Below the pieces are notes generated by a model. It worked only from the letters and a program-made list of their open reading frames with translations. It made no database searches and was not told where the DNA came from. 21,872 nucleotides of DNA. It comes from an uncultured virus (IMG/VR IMGVR_UViG_3300031993_000020). Lineage: Duplodnaviria > Heunggongvirae > Uroviricota > Caudoviricetes. Positions within the stretch are counted from its first letter, which is position 1; each line of letters begins with the position of its first letter. The stretch lies in IMG/VR virus record IMGVR_UViG_3300031993_000020. One strand, 5' to 3'. Made by a program: the position numbers and the translations under genes. Below are positions 7,225-15,610 of this stretch, in pieces.

Positions 7225-7266
7225 GAGCGGGGATCGACAAAATCGGTCTCCGCTCTTTATTTTTCT
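7225..7266 (+). terminator. rho-independent terminator
   Basis: 13-bp stem GAGCGGGGATCGA / TCGGTCTCCGCTC followed by TTTATTTTTCT. Confidence 0.8.
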
Positions 7267-7283
7267 GATTTAGGAGATTTTTC

Positions 7284-7547
7284 ATGCAAAGTACGATTGC
7301 TACAAGGCTAAAGGGCCTTTTGTTAGAACGTGGAATCACTCAAAAGAAGTTGGCGGATATGATCCATTGTACCGAGGGTGCAGTTTGTCGCTATTTGCAG
7401 GGTGAGAGAGAACCGAGGATAGGAATTATTACGAAGGTCTGCGACATCTTTGAAGTATCTGCTGATTATTTATTACGCGGCACACCTGACATCAAGAAAC
7501 CGAGAATAAAAGTAAAACGAGGAAAAATTAAATGCACGTTACACTAA
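7284..7547 (+). CDS. XRE/Cro-C1 family helix-turn-helix transcriptional regulator
   Basis: RLKGLLLERGITQKKLADMIHCTEGAVCRYLQGEREP...FEVSADYLLRG is a classical HTH_3 pattern; AGGAG RBS. Confidence 0.92.
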   Translation: MQSTIATRLKGLLLERGITQKKLADMIHCTEGAVCRYLQGEREPRIGIITKVCDIFEVSADYLLRGTPDIKKPRIKVKRGKIKCTLH

Positions 7548-8113
7548 TTACAGGCCCTATGTTCTCCGGTAAAACAGTAAAGCTAGTGGGCAAAATAGAA
7601 AAGTATGTTATTGCGAAGAAACACATTCTCTGGATTGAACCAAGAATGGACGACCGGGGCGGGAGTCATATGAATCTTATGACTTTACGGATGACAGAGC
7701 TCAAGAATTCTGAATATGTTCACTGTCATCAGGTAGAACGTCCTGAGGAAATATTTGAAATTTTAGCTGATAGCAAAGAGATGCCAGAATGTATCTTCAT
7801 CGATGAATATTTTATGTTACCTTTTGATAAGGACTTTTTCTTTGATTATATGAGTTCCCAGTATCGGGAAATTCCTTTAGTATTGGCTGGACTTATTGCT
7901 ACATCTAATTCAGATTTATTCGCTTCATCAGCTATAGTGCTTCCTTTTGTTGATGAAATTATTAAGGACGTCGCTATCTGTATGGAATGCGGAAAACCTG
8001 CTCAATATTCATATTGTGCAAAACAAGAATCAGAAATTTCTGTAGATCATGGACAGTATATCTGTCTGTGCTCTGATTGTTATACCAGGCATAAAATGGA
8101 CGAGGACGAATAA
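7532..8113 (+). CDS. tdk: thymidine kinase (type II)
   Basis: P-loop GPMFSGKT, IFIDE Walker B, LAGL, Zn-lasso CMEC...CSDC. Confidence 0.92.
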   Translation: MHVTLITGPMFSGKTVKLVGKIEKYVIAKKHILWIEPRMDDRGGSHMNLMTLRMTELKNSEYVHCHQVERPEEIFEILADSKEMPECIFIDEYFMLPFDKDFFFDYMSSQYREIPLVLAGLIATSNSDLFASSAIVLPFVDEIIKDVAICMECGKPAQYSYCAKQESEISVDHGQYICLCSDCYTRHKMDEDE

Positions 8114-8114
8114 A

Positions 8115-8645
8115 ATGATTTACTTCATCGAGGGCTGTACCTGCGCAGGAAAGAGTACACTTGTAAAACAGATTTTATCCGGCGAAAAGAAGCTGGGAGA
8201 TTATAACGTTTCAGATTGGATTCATGCGCCCAAGCATACTCCAGAGCCGATGAATGATAATACATCGATCGTTGATAGGCAGTTTTACGTATTCACGTCT
8301 TTTGTTAGCCAGTTTTTAGCCATGATAGCAACTGGAAAGAATTATCTGGCTGATTTCAGTCCTTGGGGAGTAATACCTTTCTCTCTCGCTTACTTGAAAT
8401 TGGTCAAAGGAGAAGAGAGACAGAGATTATTAGAGCAGACAGAGAGACAGAATGATTTTTTAATAGATCTGACCAAAATGTACGACGAGCAACTGAAGTG
8501 TATCAGTTATCTCAAGGCAGATGCTGCAGTAATCAAAGAGAGGCTGAAAAACAGAAGAAGAGCCGGTGATGACTTTTGGACAGATGAATTTATCGAGAAT
8601 GTAGTTAAAGAATACAACAACATGTTCAGCCACTTCGTGAACTAA
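8115..8645 (+). CDS. deoxynucleoside kinase / dNMP kinase family protein
   Basis: N-terminal P-loop IEGCTCAGKST, PEP, RQF, YLKAD...ERLKNRRR lid. Start reassigned to the ATG at 8115 just after the tdk stop. Confidence 0.8.
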   Translation: MIYFIEGCTCAGKSTLVKQILSGEKKLGDYNVSDWIHAPKHTPEPMNDNTSIVDRQFYVFTSFVSQFLAMIATGKNYLADFSPWGVIPFSLAYLKLVKGEERQRLLEQTERQNDFLIDLTKMYDEQLKCISYLKADAAVIKERLKNRRRAGDDFWTDEFIENVVKEYNNMFSHFVN

Positions 8646-8686
8646 AAAGAACAGAGCAACTTAATCTTCAAAGTAATGAGGTAAAT

Positions 8687-11614
8687 ATGCGAGTTTTTAA
8701 AAGAAATGGACAAGAACAGGATTTCGATCTTGGAAAGATAACAGCTGCACTGACCAAAGCGTATAATGCTACTGGAATAGGCACAAAAGATTCTATCGAA
8801 GCAGTGCTTGGTACAGTGCAGCAATCTTTGAGTGGAGTCTCTACGATTACAGTAGAAGACATTCAGGATATCGTAGAAAAGGCATTGGTAGCCAATAATC
8901 AATACGATATTGCAAAGGCTTATATTATTTATCGACATGATAAAAAGTTAAATAAGAAATTTACCGATATGGAAGAGCAGATTCTTTCTGTCGTTGATGG
9001 TACAAATGACACACAGAGAAGTGAAAATGCGAATAAGCACTTAGATGTCAATTGTACTGTTAGAGATTACATTGCCGGAGTAGCCTGCAAAAGTCTTGCA
9101 GAAAAGATTTTGCCTAAGAGGGTTATCGAGGCGCACAAAAAGAAATGGATTCATTTTCACGACATGGACTACAGTCCTGTCATGCATCTGACGAATTGTG
9201 ATTTACTTAATGTCGAGGATATGTTGCAGAATGGCTTTCAGATGGGTGATGTTCACATTGATAAGCCGAGGAAATTCTCAACCGCCTGCAATCTGGCAGC
9301 ACAGATTAATATGCAGGTATCCTCTTCTCAATATGGTGGACAGACTATTTCCTGGGCTCATTTGTTGCCTTTTGTAGAAGGCACTAGAGAGTCCGCTGAC
9401 GGGTTCATTAAAGAGACCGTGGACAATCTTCCTCTCTTTATTAGAATCCTCATAAAACCGATTGTAGGGCTTTTTAGAAAGAGATTAATTGAAACAATTA
9501 CCAGACTGGATATTTATACAGGCATTAAGACGTATCAGTATCAGACCCTTTCTGGATATACTGCTAACGGTCAGACTCCGTTCGTTACGAATGTCTTGAA
9601 TCTAAGAGAAGCTGAGACTGAAGAAGAGTTGAAAGACTTAGCTATTATCTTTGAGGAAATATTCAAAAGGAGACTAAAAGGAGTCAAAGATAAGTCCAAC
9701 AAATTTGTTGGACCGTTATTCCCGAAGCTGTTGTATTTTACCTGCGATGGTCTAAATATTGATAAGAAAGATCCATATTACTATCTGACGAAGTTGGCTG
9801 CGAAGTGCATTGCGCTGAGAATGCAGCCAGATATTATGTCAGAGAAGAAAACGAGAGAAGTTAAAAGCGGTCAGGTTATCGCCTGTATGGGTTCAGTCGC
9901 TCCTAATGAAATTGTTACTTACAGAATTGGTAACAGTGTATACGTTGAAGCTATCGAAAGTATGTGGCAGAGACTGGGAGAGATTTATAGAGAAGCGAAA
10001 CAGGCTGAAGGTACGATTGACTGCTATATGAAATCTGATGGTATAAAGATTTACGACAACAAACAGAAAGATTTCGTTGACTGTCTTTGTATAACGAAGA
10101 ACTGGGCAGATCAGTTCTTGCAGGTGAAGATTGGTGACAGAATATTAGTTACGACTCTGGATCATAAATTTGAAACGGAGAATCGTGGTGAGGTGTTCGG
10201 TTACAATCTTAAAAGCGGAGATCAGATCATCGTATCAAAAGAGATGCCTAGTGTAGATAATATTGTAAGAGAGACTGAAATACAGACAGTCACTGAAGTT
10301 AAGACTCTTACTAAATCTGGCTGGTCGTATGATGTTACTACTTCCAGTGAGCATTTTGAGGTGTCTGGTATTTACTCGCACAACTGTCGTTCTTTCTTAG
10401 CTCCGGTCTGGGAAGATGTCCGTTATCCAATATCGGCGAAATTCCATTGGCAGAAAATTGAAGATGGAAATATTCAGTACAATGGAGCGCCGAATAAGAA
10501 TTTTGATTATTCCAGAGGCTTCGGTAAATACAGTGAATTACCAAAAGATCCTGTTGGTAAGGTTGTTATCAATTTTGCTGGTAATTCAGGCTGGGTAAAA
10601 GAGATTGATAGTGAACGAGATGAACTGATTATTACTAGACCGAAGGTATATGGTCGTCTAAACTGCGGTGTCGTTACTATCAATCTTCCTCATGCGGCTT
10701 TAACTGCAAAGAAAAGAGCCGAAGAAGAGCATACAGATATAAAAGAGACCTTTTATAAAGTTCTCGACGAAAGACTCGATATCTGTCACGAAGCATTACT
10801 TGAGCGCTGGAAATCAGTTCAAAAGATTAAGGCGAAGAACAGTCCGATTCTCTGGATGCACGGCGGCATTACAAGACTGCCTCCAGAAGCCAGTGTCGCG
10901 GATTATATTAAGTCCAGACAGAACATATCACAGACATCTATTTCTCTCGGATATATTGGCTTATGTGAAACTTGCTGGGCAATTATCGGGGAAAGTAACA
11001 CCACTGAAGCAGGAAGACAGTTTAGTAAAGATGTACTGAATTATATGAATAAAGTGTTAGCTGATTGGAAGAGTCAGGACGTCTTAGGATATGCTATTTA
11101 TGGTACTCCCGAGGAATCTGTAACCCTCTCAGCGGCACAAGCATTACAACGAGATTTTGGTTATGTTGAACATATAACAGATAAAGATTTTGTTGTCAAC
11201 TCTTATCATGTAGATCCCAGAGAACACATTGATGCCTTTACAAAACTAACAATTGAAGGCGAATATCTTGCTTTATCCTCCGGGGGAGCTGTCTCTTATG
11301 TAGAAACAGCAGATCTGACAGACAATCCAGAAGCGATTGAAACTCTTATAAAACACATGCACAACAGCATTATGTATGCAGAGGTAAATCGAAAAATTGG
11401 AGTCTGTTATAATTGTGGATATCAGGGAGATATTCCACTTACAAAAAGCACTGACGGTGATTTTATCTTTACCTGTCCAGAGTGCGGAAACAATGATTCA
11501 ACCAAAATGCACGTAGAAGCCAGAATTTGTGGCTATATTGGCGAAATAAGTAATAACAACGTCAACAAGGGACGGTTGGATGATATTTACAACAGAGTAT
11601 TACATCTGACTTAA
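8687..11614 (+). CDS. nrdD: anaerobic (class III) ribonucleoside-triphosphate reductase with N-terminal ATP cone and an intein
   Basis: ATP cone VFKRNG..FD..KI; IHFHDMDY, TNC, QYGGQT, GQTPF, FPKL, MG|CRSFL, GRLNCGVVTINLP, YGTPEES, NSYHV, CxxC...CPEC, glycyl-radical RICGY. Confidence 0.97.
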   Translation: MRVFKRNGQEQDFDLGKITAALTKAYNATGIGTKDSIEAVLGTVQQSLSGVSTITVEDIQDIVEKALVANNQYDIAKAYIIYRHDKKLNKKFTDMEEQILSVVDGTNDTQRSENANKHLDVNCTVRDYIAGVACKSLAEKILPKRVIEAHKKKWIHFHDMDYSPVMHLTNCDLLNVEDMLQNGFQMGDVHIDKPRKFSTACNLAAQINMQVSSSQYGGQTISWAHLLPFVEGTRESADGFIKETVDNLPLFIRILIKPIVGLFRKRLIETITRLDIYTGIKTYQYQTLSGYTANGQTPFVTNVLNLREAETEEELKDLAIIFEEIFKRRLKGVKDKSNKFVGPLFPKLLYFTCDGLNIDKKDPYYYLTKLAAKCIALRMQPDIMSEKKTREVKSGQVIACMGSVAPNEIVTYRIGNSVYVEAIESMWQRLGEIYREAKQAEGTIDCYMKSDGIKIYDNKQKDFVDCLCITKNWADQFLQVKIGDRILVTTLDHKFETENRGEVFGYNLKSGDQIIVSKEMPSVDNIVRETEIQTVTEVKTLTKSGWSYDVTTSSEHFEVSGIYSHNCRSFLAPVWEDVRYPISAKFHWQKIEDGNIQYNGAPNKNFDYSRGFGKYSELPKDPVGKVVINFAGNSGWVKEIDSERDELIITRPKVYGRLNCGVVTINLPHAALTAKKRAEEEHTDIKETFYKVLDERLDICHEALLERWKSVQKIKAKNSPILWMHGGITRLPPEASVADYIKSRQNISQTSISLGYIGLCETCWAIIGESNTTEAGRQFSKDVLNYMNKVLADWKSQDVLGYAIYGTPEESVTLSAAQALQRDFGYVEHITDKDFVVNSYHVDPREHIDAFTKLTIEGEYLALSSGGAVSYVETADLTDNPEAIETLIKHMHNSIMYAEVNRKIGVCYNCGYQGDIPLTKSTDGDFIFTCPECGNNDSTKMHVEARICGYIGEISNNNVNKGRLDDIYNRVLHLT
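9893..10384 (+). mobile_element. mini-intein (164 aa, Ser1, no homing endonuclease) in NrdD
   Basis: Interrupts the conserved MG-CRSFL motif. Starts SVAPNE, block B TTLDH, block F SYDVT, ends SHN followed by Cys+1. Confidence 0.93.
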
Positions 11615-11625
11615 CGGAGAAAATC

Positions 11626-12108
11626 GTGAATTACGCGGAGATTAAATACAATTGTGCTTCTAACGGCCCTGGAGTTAGAACTGCTTTCTATGTGTCCGGG
11701 TGCAATATCAAATGCAAGGGTTGCTTCAATCAGGAACTCTGGGATTTTAAGTACGGCAAGGAATTTACAGATGAAGTATTGCGCAAAGTTTTGGATTCAA
11801 TGGATCACGACTGGATTGCTGGTCTCTCTGTACTCGGCGGTGAACCGCTGGACCCGGATAATCAGGAATCAGTACTAGAACTTGTTTTGGCAACGCGGAG
11901 ACGTTTTGGAGAAAATAAGACTATCTGGTTGTGGACAGGCTATTTTCTGGGGAATATACCGAAAACTAAGTATCTGAATGACATTCTGAGTAATTTAGAT
12001 GTACTAGTCGGTGGTCCTTTTATGAATGGCAATACATCTCCTAAAGTTCCTTTCCGTGGTTCTAACAACCAAGTAATATTGGAGCTAAAGAAGCACCATG
12101 ATCTTTGA
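11626..12108 (+). CDS. nrdG: anaerobic RNR activating protein (radical SAM)
   Basis: NGPGVR..YVSGCNIKCKGCFN (CxxxCxxC), GGEP, WLWTGY, FRGSNNQ; GTG start with GGAG RBS; directly after nrdD. Confidence 0.96.
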   Translation: MNYAEIKYNCASNGPGVRTAFYVSGCNIKCKGCFNQELWDFKYGKEFTDEVLRKVLDSMDHDWIAGLSVLGGEPLDPDNQESVLELVLATRRRFGENKTIWLWTGYFLGNIPKTKYLNDILSNLDVLVGGPFMNGNTSPKVPFRGSNNQVILELKKHHDL

Positions 12109-12388
12109 AAAACAAATAGGTGAGCTTCCAGTAAAAGTAAAAGTATATTACGACGATCACGCACGGTTGATTAAAATAGAATTTTCAAGAGAGTTCTATG
12201 TACACAAAGAAGTGGTTGATGCGATTAATTACTACTTAGAAAAAGGCGTTTTAGGAAAGAAAGCTACGGATTTAGTCTTGCACGAAATAGCAGATTGGTT
12301 TAGTAACTATCTAAGGCTGGCATTTAAGCTGAATATAGCTCAGTTGAATGCTTTTACTGGTTGCATAACGATAAACGGAGTAAACTAA
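12098..12388 (+). CDS. hypothetical protein (96 aa)
   Basis: ORF overlapping the end of nrdG, GGAG upstream. Confidence 0.7.
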   Translation: MIFEKQIGELPVKVKVYYDDHARLIKIEFSREFYVHKEVVDAINYYLEKGVLGKKATDLVLHEIADWFSNYLRLAFKLNIAQLNAFTGCITINGVN

Positions 12389-12389
12389 A

Positions 12390-12932
12390 ATGATCTTTAC
12401 CTACGGAAAAACAATTGGAAACAAAAAATTAATGCTCGAATATGACAGCGAGAGCAATGAACCAGGAGATATTGGAGAAGATTTTCAGAAGGTAAAAGAA
12501 TATGTTACCCAAAATCTTTTCAAACAGAAGTATACATCAGACTTTCTGCGTATTCATAAGAGCGATCAGGCACAAAGCAGCTTAATCGTTGCTACTACTT
12601 TGATGGCTCTTAGTAGGGTATTGAGAGAAAGAGGAGTATTCAAATTCTGTTTAAGCTACGGTTCTTGCTGTGTAGCCTACGGATTTAGCAGAAAAGATTT
12701 AAGTATTCCTGAGATGTCAGTGCATTATCACTTAAGTAAATTAGGAACTTTTACCATTTTTACTTATACTGATAAGGACACTGTAGCTGTTGTCGATTCT
12801 GGAAGAAATAATCCTATCTCCTGCTGTTTAGATGCTATCGCCGCAGCAGAGAGTATGACCTATAATTCAGAGTTCGATAATACAATTTCTCGGTTCAAAC
12901 CGAAATGTTTGAAAGCAACTTCGGTCGCCTAG
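12390..12932 (+). CDS. hypothetical protein (180 aa)
   Basis: ORF with GGAG RBS, abutting the previous gene. Confidence 0.75.
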   Translation: MIFTYGKTIGNKKLMLEYDSESNEPGDIGEDFQKVKEYVTQNLFKQKYTSDFLRIHKSDQAQSSLIVATTLMALSRVLRERGVFKFCLSYGSCCVAYGFSRKDLSIPEMSVHYHLSKLGTFTIFTYTDKDTVAVVDSGRNNPISCCLDAIAAAESMTYNSEFDNTISRFKPKCLKATSVA

Positions 12933-12975
12933 TTGCTGGAAACGTGTATATATAGAGATATAAGGAGTAACAAAA

Positions 12976-13251
12976 ATGATCAAACCGATGGGCGAACAAG
13001 TAGTAATCAAAGTAGACAATATCGAAAAAGTTTCTCCAGGTGGAATTATCCTTGCGGAACTTAATCCAGAACCAGCAGATTCCGGTATTGTTGTCAGAAC
13101 GAGTATTAACCGTAAATCCCAGTTAAAAGAGGGAGACCACGTAAAGTTCAATCCGTATGCAGGTCAGGAGTTTAGAACTCCAGACTGCGAAGAAGGGTTT
13201 AAATATCGTTTAGTGCCGGAGCATAACATCTATGCTCTGATTGATGACTGA
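12976..13251 (+). CDS. groES: co-chaperonin GroES (Cpn10)
   Basis: IKPMGEQVVIK...EKVSPGGIIL...GIVV...LKEGDHVKFNPYAGQE...YRLVPEHNIYALI; AAGGAG RBS. Confidence 0.9.
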   Translation: MIKPMGEQVVIKVDNIEKVSPGGIILAELNPEPADSGIVVRTSINRKSQLKEGDHVKFNPYAGQEFRTPDCEEGFKYRLVPEHNIYALIDD

Positions 13252-13269
13252 AACGATAATATCGAGTTT

Positions 13270-13313
13270 GAGGGCCTACTGGGGATAGTCCTCGGTAGGC
13301 CCTTATTTTTTTT
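13270..13313 (+). terminator. rho-independent terminator
   Basis: 16-bp stem GAGGGCCTACTGGGGA-TAG-TCCTCGGTAGGCCCTT followed by ATTTTTTTT. Confidence 0.88.
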
Positions 13314-13333
13314 GTGAACAAACGAGGAATACA

Positions 13334-14059
13334 ATGGCGAAGAATTGGCAACTAATCGAACATTACTTTAGTGATTTTCTGGATCAGATAACGAAGACTT
13401 CCAGAGCGAAAGTTATCGAAGCATACAAGATAGTAGACGATAACTTCTTTATAATGCCAGCAGCATCAGGAGACCATCACAGCGAATTGCAGGCTTGTGA
13501 GCATGGACTGATGTACCACATTTATGAAGGGCTAATTGCTCTGGAACAATTTATCAGAGCGAGGTCTGACGTTATCAATTATTGGAAAAACAAACCAGAG
13601 TATGAGGGAGAGGATCCTACATCAGATCTGATAACCGCATACTTAATGCATGATATTTGCAAATTCAAATCTACGCCTTCCGGTTCTAATTATGAACACG
13701 ATGAGGACGCCTATGAATTTTGCAAGGCTTTAGGATTTAATCCCGTTGTCTGTGAAATCGTGAGATACACTCACGGGCAGTGGAGCACTGTTACAAAGAA
13801 AACGGGCAAGACCATTAAAGACAGCAAATATGCGAGTCTTTGTTGGCTATCTCATTTTGCCGATATGGCAGCCTCCTCTATGAGACCTTTGAGATTTATT
13901 GATAAGGTCAAAACCTTTGATAAGGTATACTTCTCGAACAACAAGGAGAAGAAGAGAGAGGGCGACAAAACAGTAGATGTTGCCTGGTGGAAAAGTGCCA
14001 TGAAGGCAAAACCGGAGCATACGATGTCTCTAGGCGAGAATGAGCCTGAGAGCTGGTAA
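13334..14059 (+). CDS. HD-domain phosphohydrolase (YhaM-like HD domain)
   Basis: PAAS..HH...GLMYH..E, LMHDICK, HG, HFAD metal-ligand pattern. Confidence 0.85.
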   Translation: MAKNWQLIEHYFSDFLDQITKTSRAKVIEAYKIVDDNFFIMPAASGDHHSELQACEHGLMYHIYEGLIALEQFIRARSDVINYWKNKPEYEGEDPTSDLITAYLMHDICKFKSTPSGSNYEHDEDAYEFCKALGFNPVVCEIVRYTHGQWSTVTKKTGKTIKDSKYASLCWLSHFADMAASSMRPLRFIDKVKTFDKVYFSNNKEKKREGDKTVDVAWWKSAMKAKPEHTMSLGENEPESW

Positions 14060-14080
14060 GAAAATGAAAGGGGTTTTAGG

Positions 14081-14341
14081 ATGGCAAGCTTTAAGAATAT
14101 AGCTGACGATGAGCTGTTATTCAAAAAATATCTGAACGATGTTTTTATAAAAGCGGCTGAAGATAGTTTAGCAAAAACAACTGATTGTCATCCTAGACTT
14201 CTGCCGATATTAGAAAATGATATTTTGCACTTAAAAACACAAAAAGAACGTTTAGAACTAGAAATAAGAAAGCGCCATCTGGAAGATCGAGATCTTTGGA
14301 GCGGACAACAAGTACAAGGAGAAACAGATGTCCCAGACTGA
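14081..14341 (+). CDS. hypothetical protein (86 aa, possible coiled coil)
   Basis: ORF filling the gap between the HD gene and the next gene, AAGGGG upstream. Confidence 0.65.
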   Translation: MASFKNIADDELLFKKYLNDVFIKAAEDSLAKTTDCHPRLLPILENDILHLKTQKERLELEIRKRHLEDRDLWSGQQVQGETDVPD

Positions 14342-15176
14342 AACTGAATTTGTGCTCACGAGTGCAAAAAGTTGTAAAATATACTGCGGTACAGTTGAAG
14401 GTAATGCTGGAGCAAAAATTATCAACATTACTGATGTCAGTACTGCAGATGATATTCAAGATGAGGTTGTATTCGGAGAATTTTATCCGAAAGACCAAAA
14501 TGAATTCGCAAATAACAATACTTACGGGAATGACCCCAGTAGTATTTATGCCTATAAAATCAATAGAGAAGAAGACCCATTTCTATGCGTTATAAAGGTA
14601 TTATTGCCGAGACAGACGTATAGAATCGAATTCTTTGACGAAGAATACGGAGAAGGTAATTTATTAGGACAGTTTAATTTCTATACTGTCGGAGATTACA
14701 ATATTCCTAATTACTATCCCTGCTATTATACGGTGTCGTTGTTTAGATACAATAAAACGTACGCGTATGAGACAGAAACAGAAGAAGTAAAATTACACAG
14801 GCTTGATAATGCAGCACATACACACGATACTGAAGTGCTGAGTGAAATAGTCGATCAGAGTATAGTTTCTACTTATTTCGTAGATGCTTTTAAGAATGAT
14901 TGTCGAAAGAACTCTCAGTTACTGAATGGAAATATTCTCACAAAAGACTGTCATCTGTTGTATTTGGGAAATCTAGTACATAAAAGTAAGCTGACACGAG
15001 CAAGTCTGGAAATAGTGCCTCCGAATGCTTCCTGGCTAACTCCTCCGGCACTTAGAAGTGAAAATCTGACTAAGAGCGGGCAGAACGAGGAAGTAGAGGA
15101 GAGTGAGCCTTCGATTGAGATTGAAGGAATTCTCGATACGGTAACGAACAATAACATAGCCTTTGTGGATGGTTAA
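14328..15176 (+). CDS. putative virion structural (baseplate/tail) protein
   Basis: AAGGAG RBS; beta-rich N-terminus and an HRLDNAAH motif like those in tail-fibre proximal regions; gene context. Confidence 0.5.
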   Translation: MSQTETEFVLTSAKSCKIYCGTVEGNAGAKIINITDVSTADDIQDEVVFGEFYPKDQNEFANNNTYGNDPSSIYAYKINREEDPFLCVIKVLLPRQTYRIEFFDEEYGEGNLLGQFNFYTVGDYNIPNYYPCYYTVSLFRYNKTYAYETETEEVKLHRLDNAAHTHDTEVLSEIVDQSIVSTYFVDAFKNDCRKNSQLLNGNILTKDCHLLYLGNLVHKSKLTRASLEIVPPNASWLTPPALRSENLTKSGQNEEVEESEPSIEIEGILDTVTNNNIAFVDG

Positions 15177-15187
15177 GGAGAGAAAAG

Positions 15188-15610
15188 ATGGCAGAGAATT
15201 TTATTGTAACCACACAGGGCTGTTATTATTTAGCACAAGAGGAAGAAGTAAAGCTGTATAGCATAAAGCTGTATGATGAGCCCGTAGAAGAAGGCGATAT
15301 TGATTCTTCTTGGACTGATGAATATAAAGAATTGTACTCTTGTAAGATTGAGAAAATAGAAAAATTAGAAGACGACAAAGTGCAGATAATAGGCACTTCA
15401 GACAAAGAGATAGAAGACACAGAAAAGATTCAGACGATTATTATAATGACAGAAAATTATCCTTTTGCTTTCTGTACGAAGGAAGCTATCTGTGGGGAAG
15501 TAAAGGATAGTCCTAAAAAGATCGTCTTGAATATAGCTGTAGACAATCAAGATATAGCAGATAGGCTAGTAGTCGGAGAGGAGAATGAAGATGAGCGAGC
15601 AGAACGATAA
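15188..15610 (+). CDS. putative tail-collar-fibre-like (DUF3751-like) protein
   Basis: FIVTTQGCYYLA...ELYSCKIEKIE...VQII...IQTIIIM...FAF resembles the tail-collar domain by eye; AAGGAG RBS. Confidence 0.45.
   Translation: MAENFIVTTQGCYYLAQEEEVKLYSIKLYDEPVEEGDIDSSWTDEYKELYSCKIEKIEKLEDDKVQIIGTSDKEIEDTEKIQTIIIMTENYPFAFCTKEAICGEVKDSPKKIVLNIAVDNQDIADRLVVGEENEDERAER

Noticed and set aside
3491..7242. Shared 11-mers between intergenic regions: GATCGACAAAA (3491, 7232) and CTTCTTCAATT (3725, 7180)
   Set aside because: They occur in different structural contexts and order, and short AT-rich matches can arise by chance
13334..14059. HD protein plus PolA as a 2-aminoadenine (DatZ/DpoZ/PurZ) system
   Set aside because: No PurZ or MazZ in the window, and the HD pattern looks YhaM-like rather than DatZ-like
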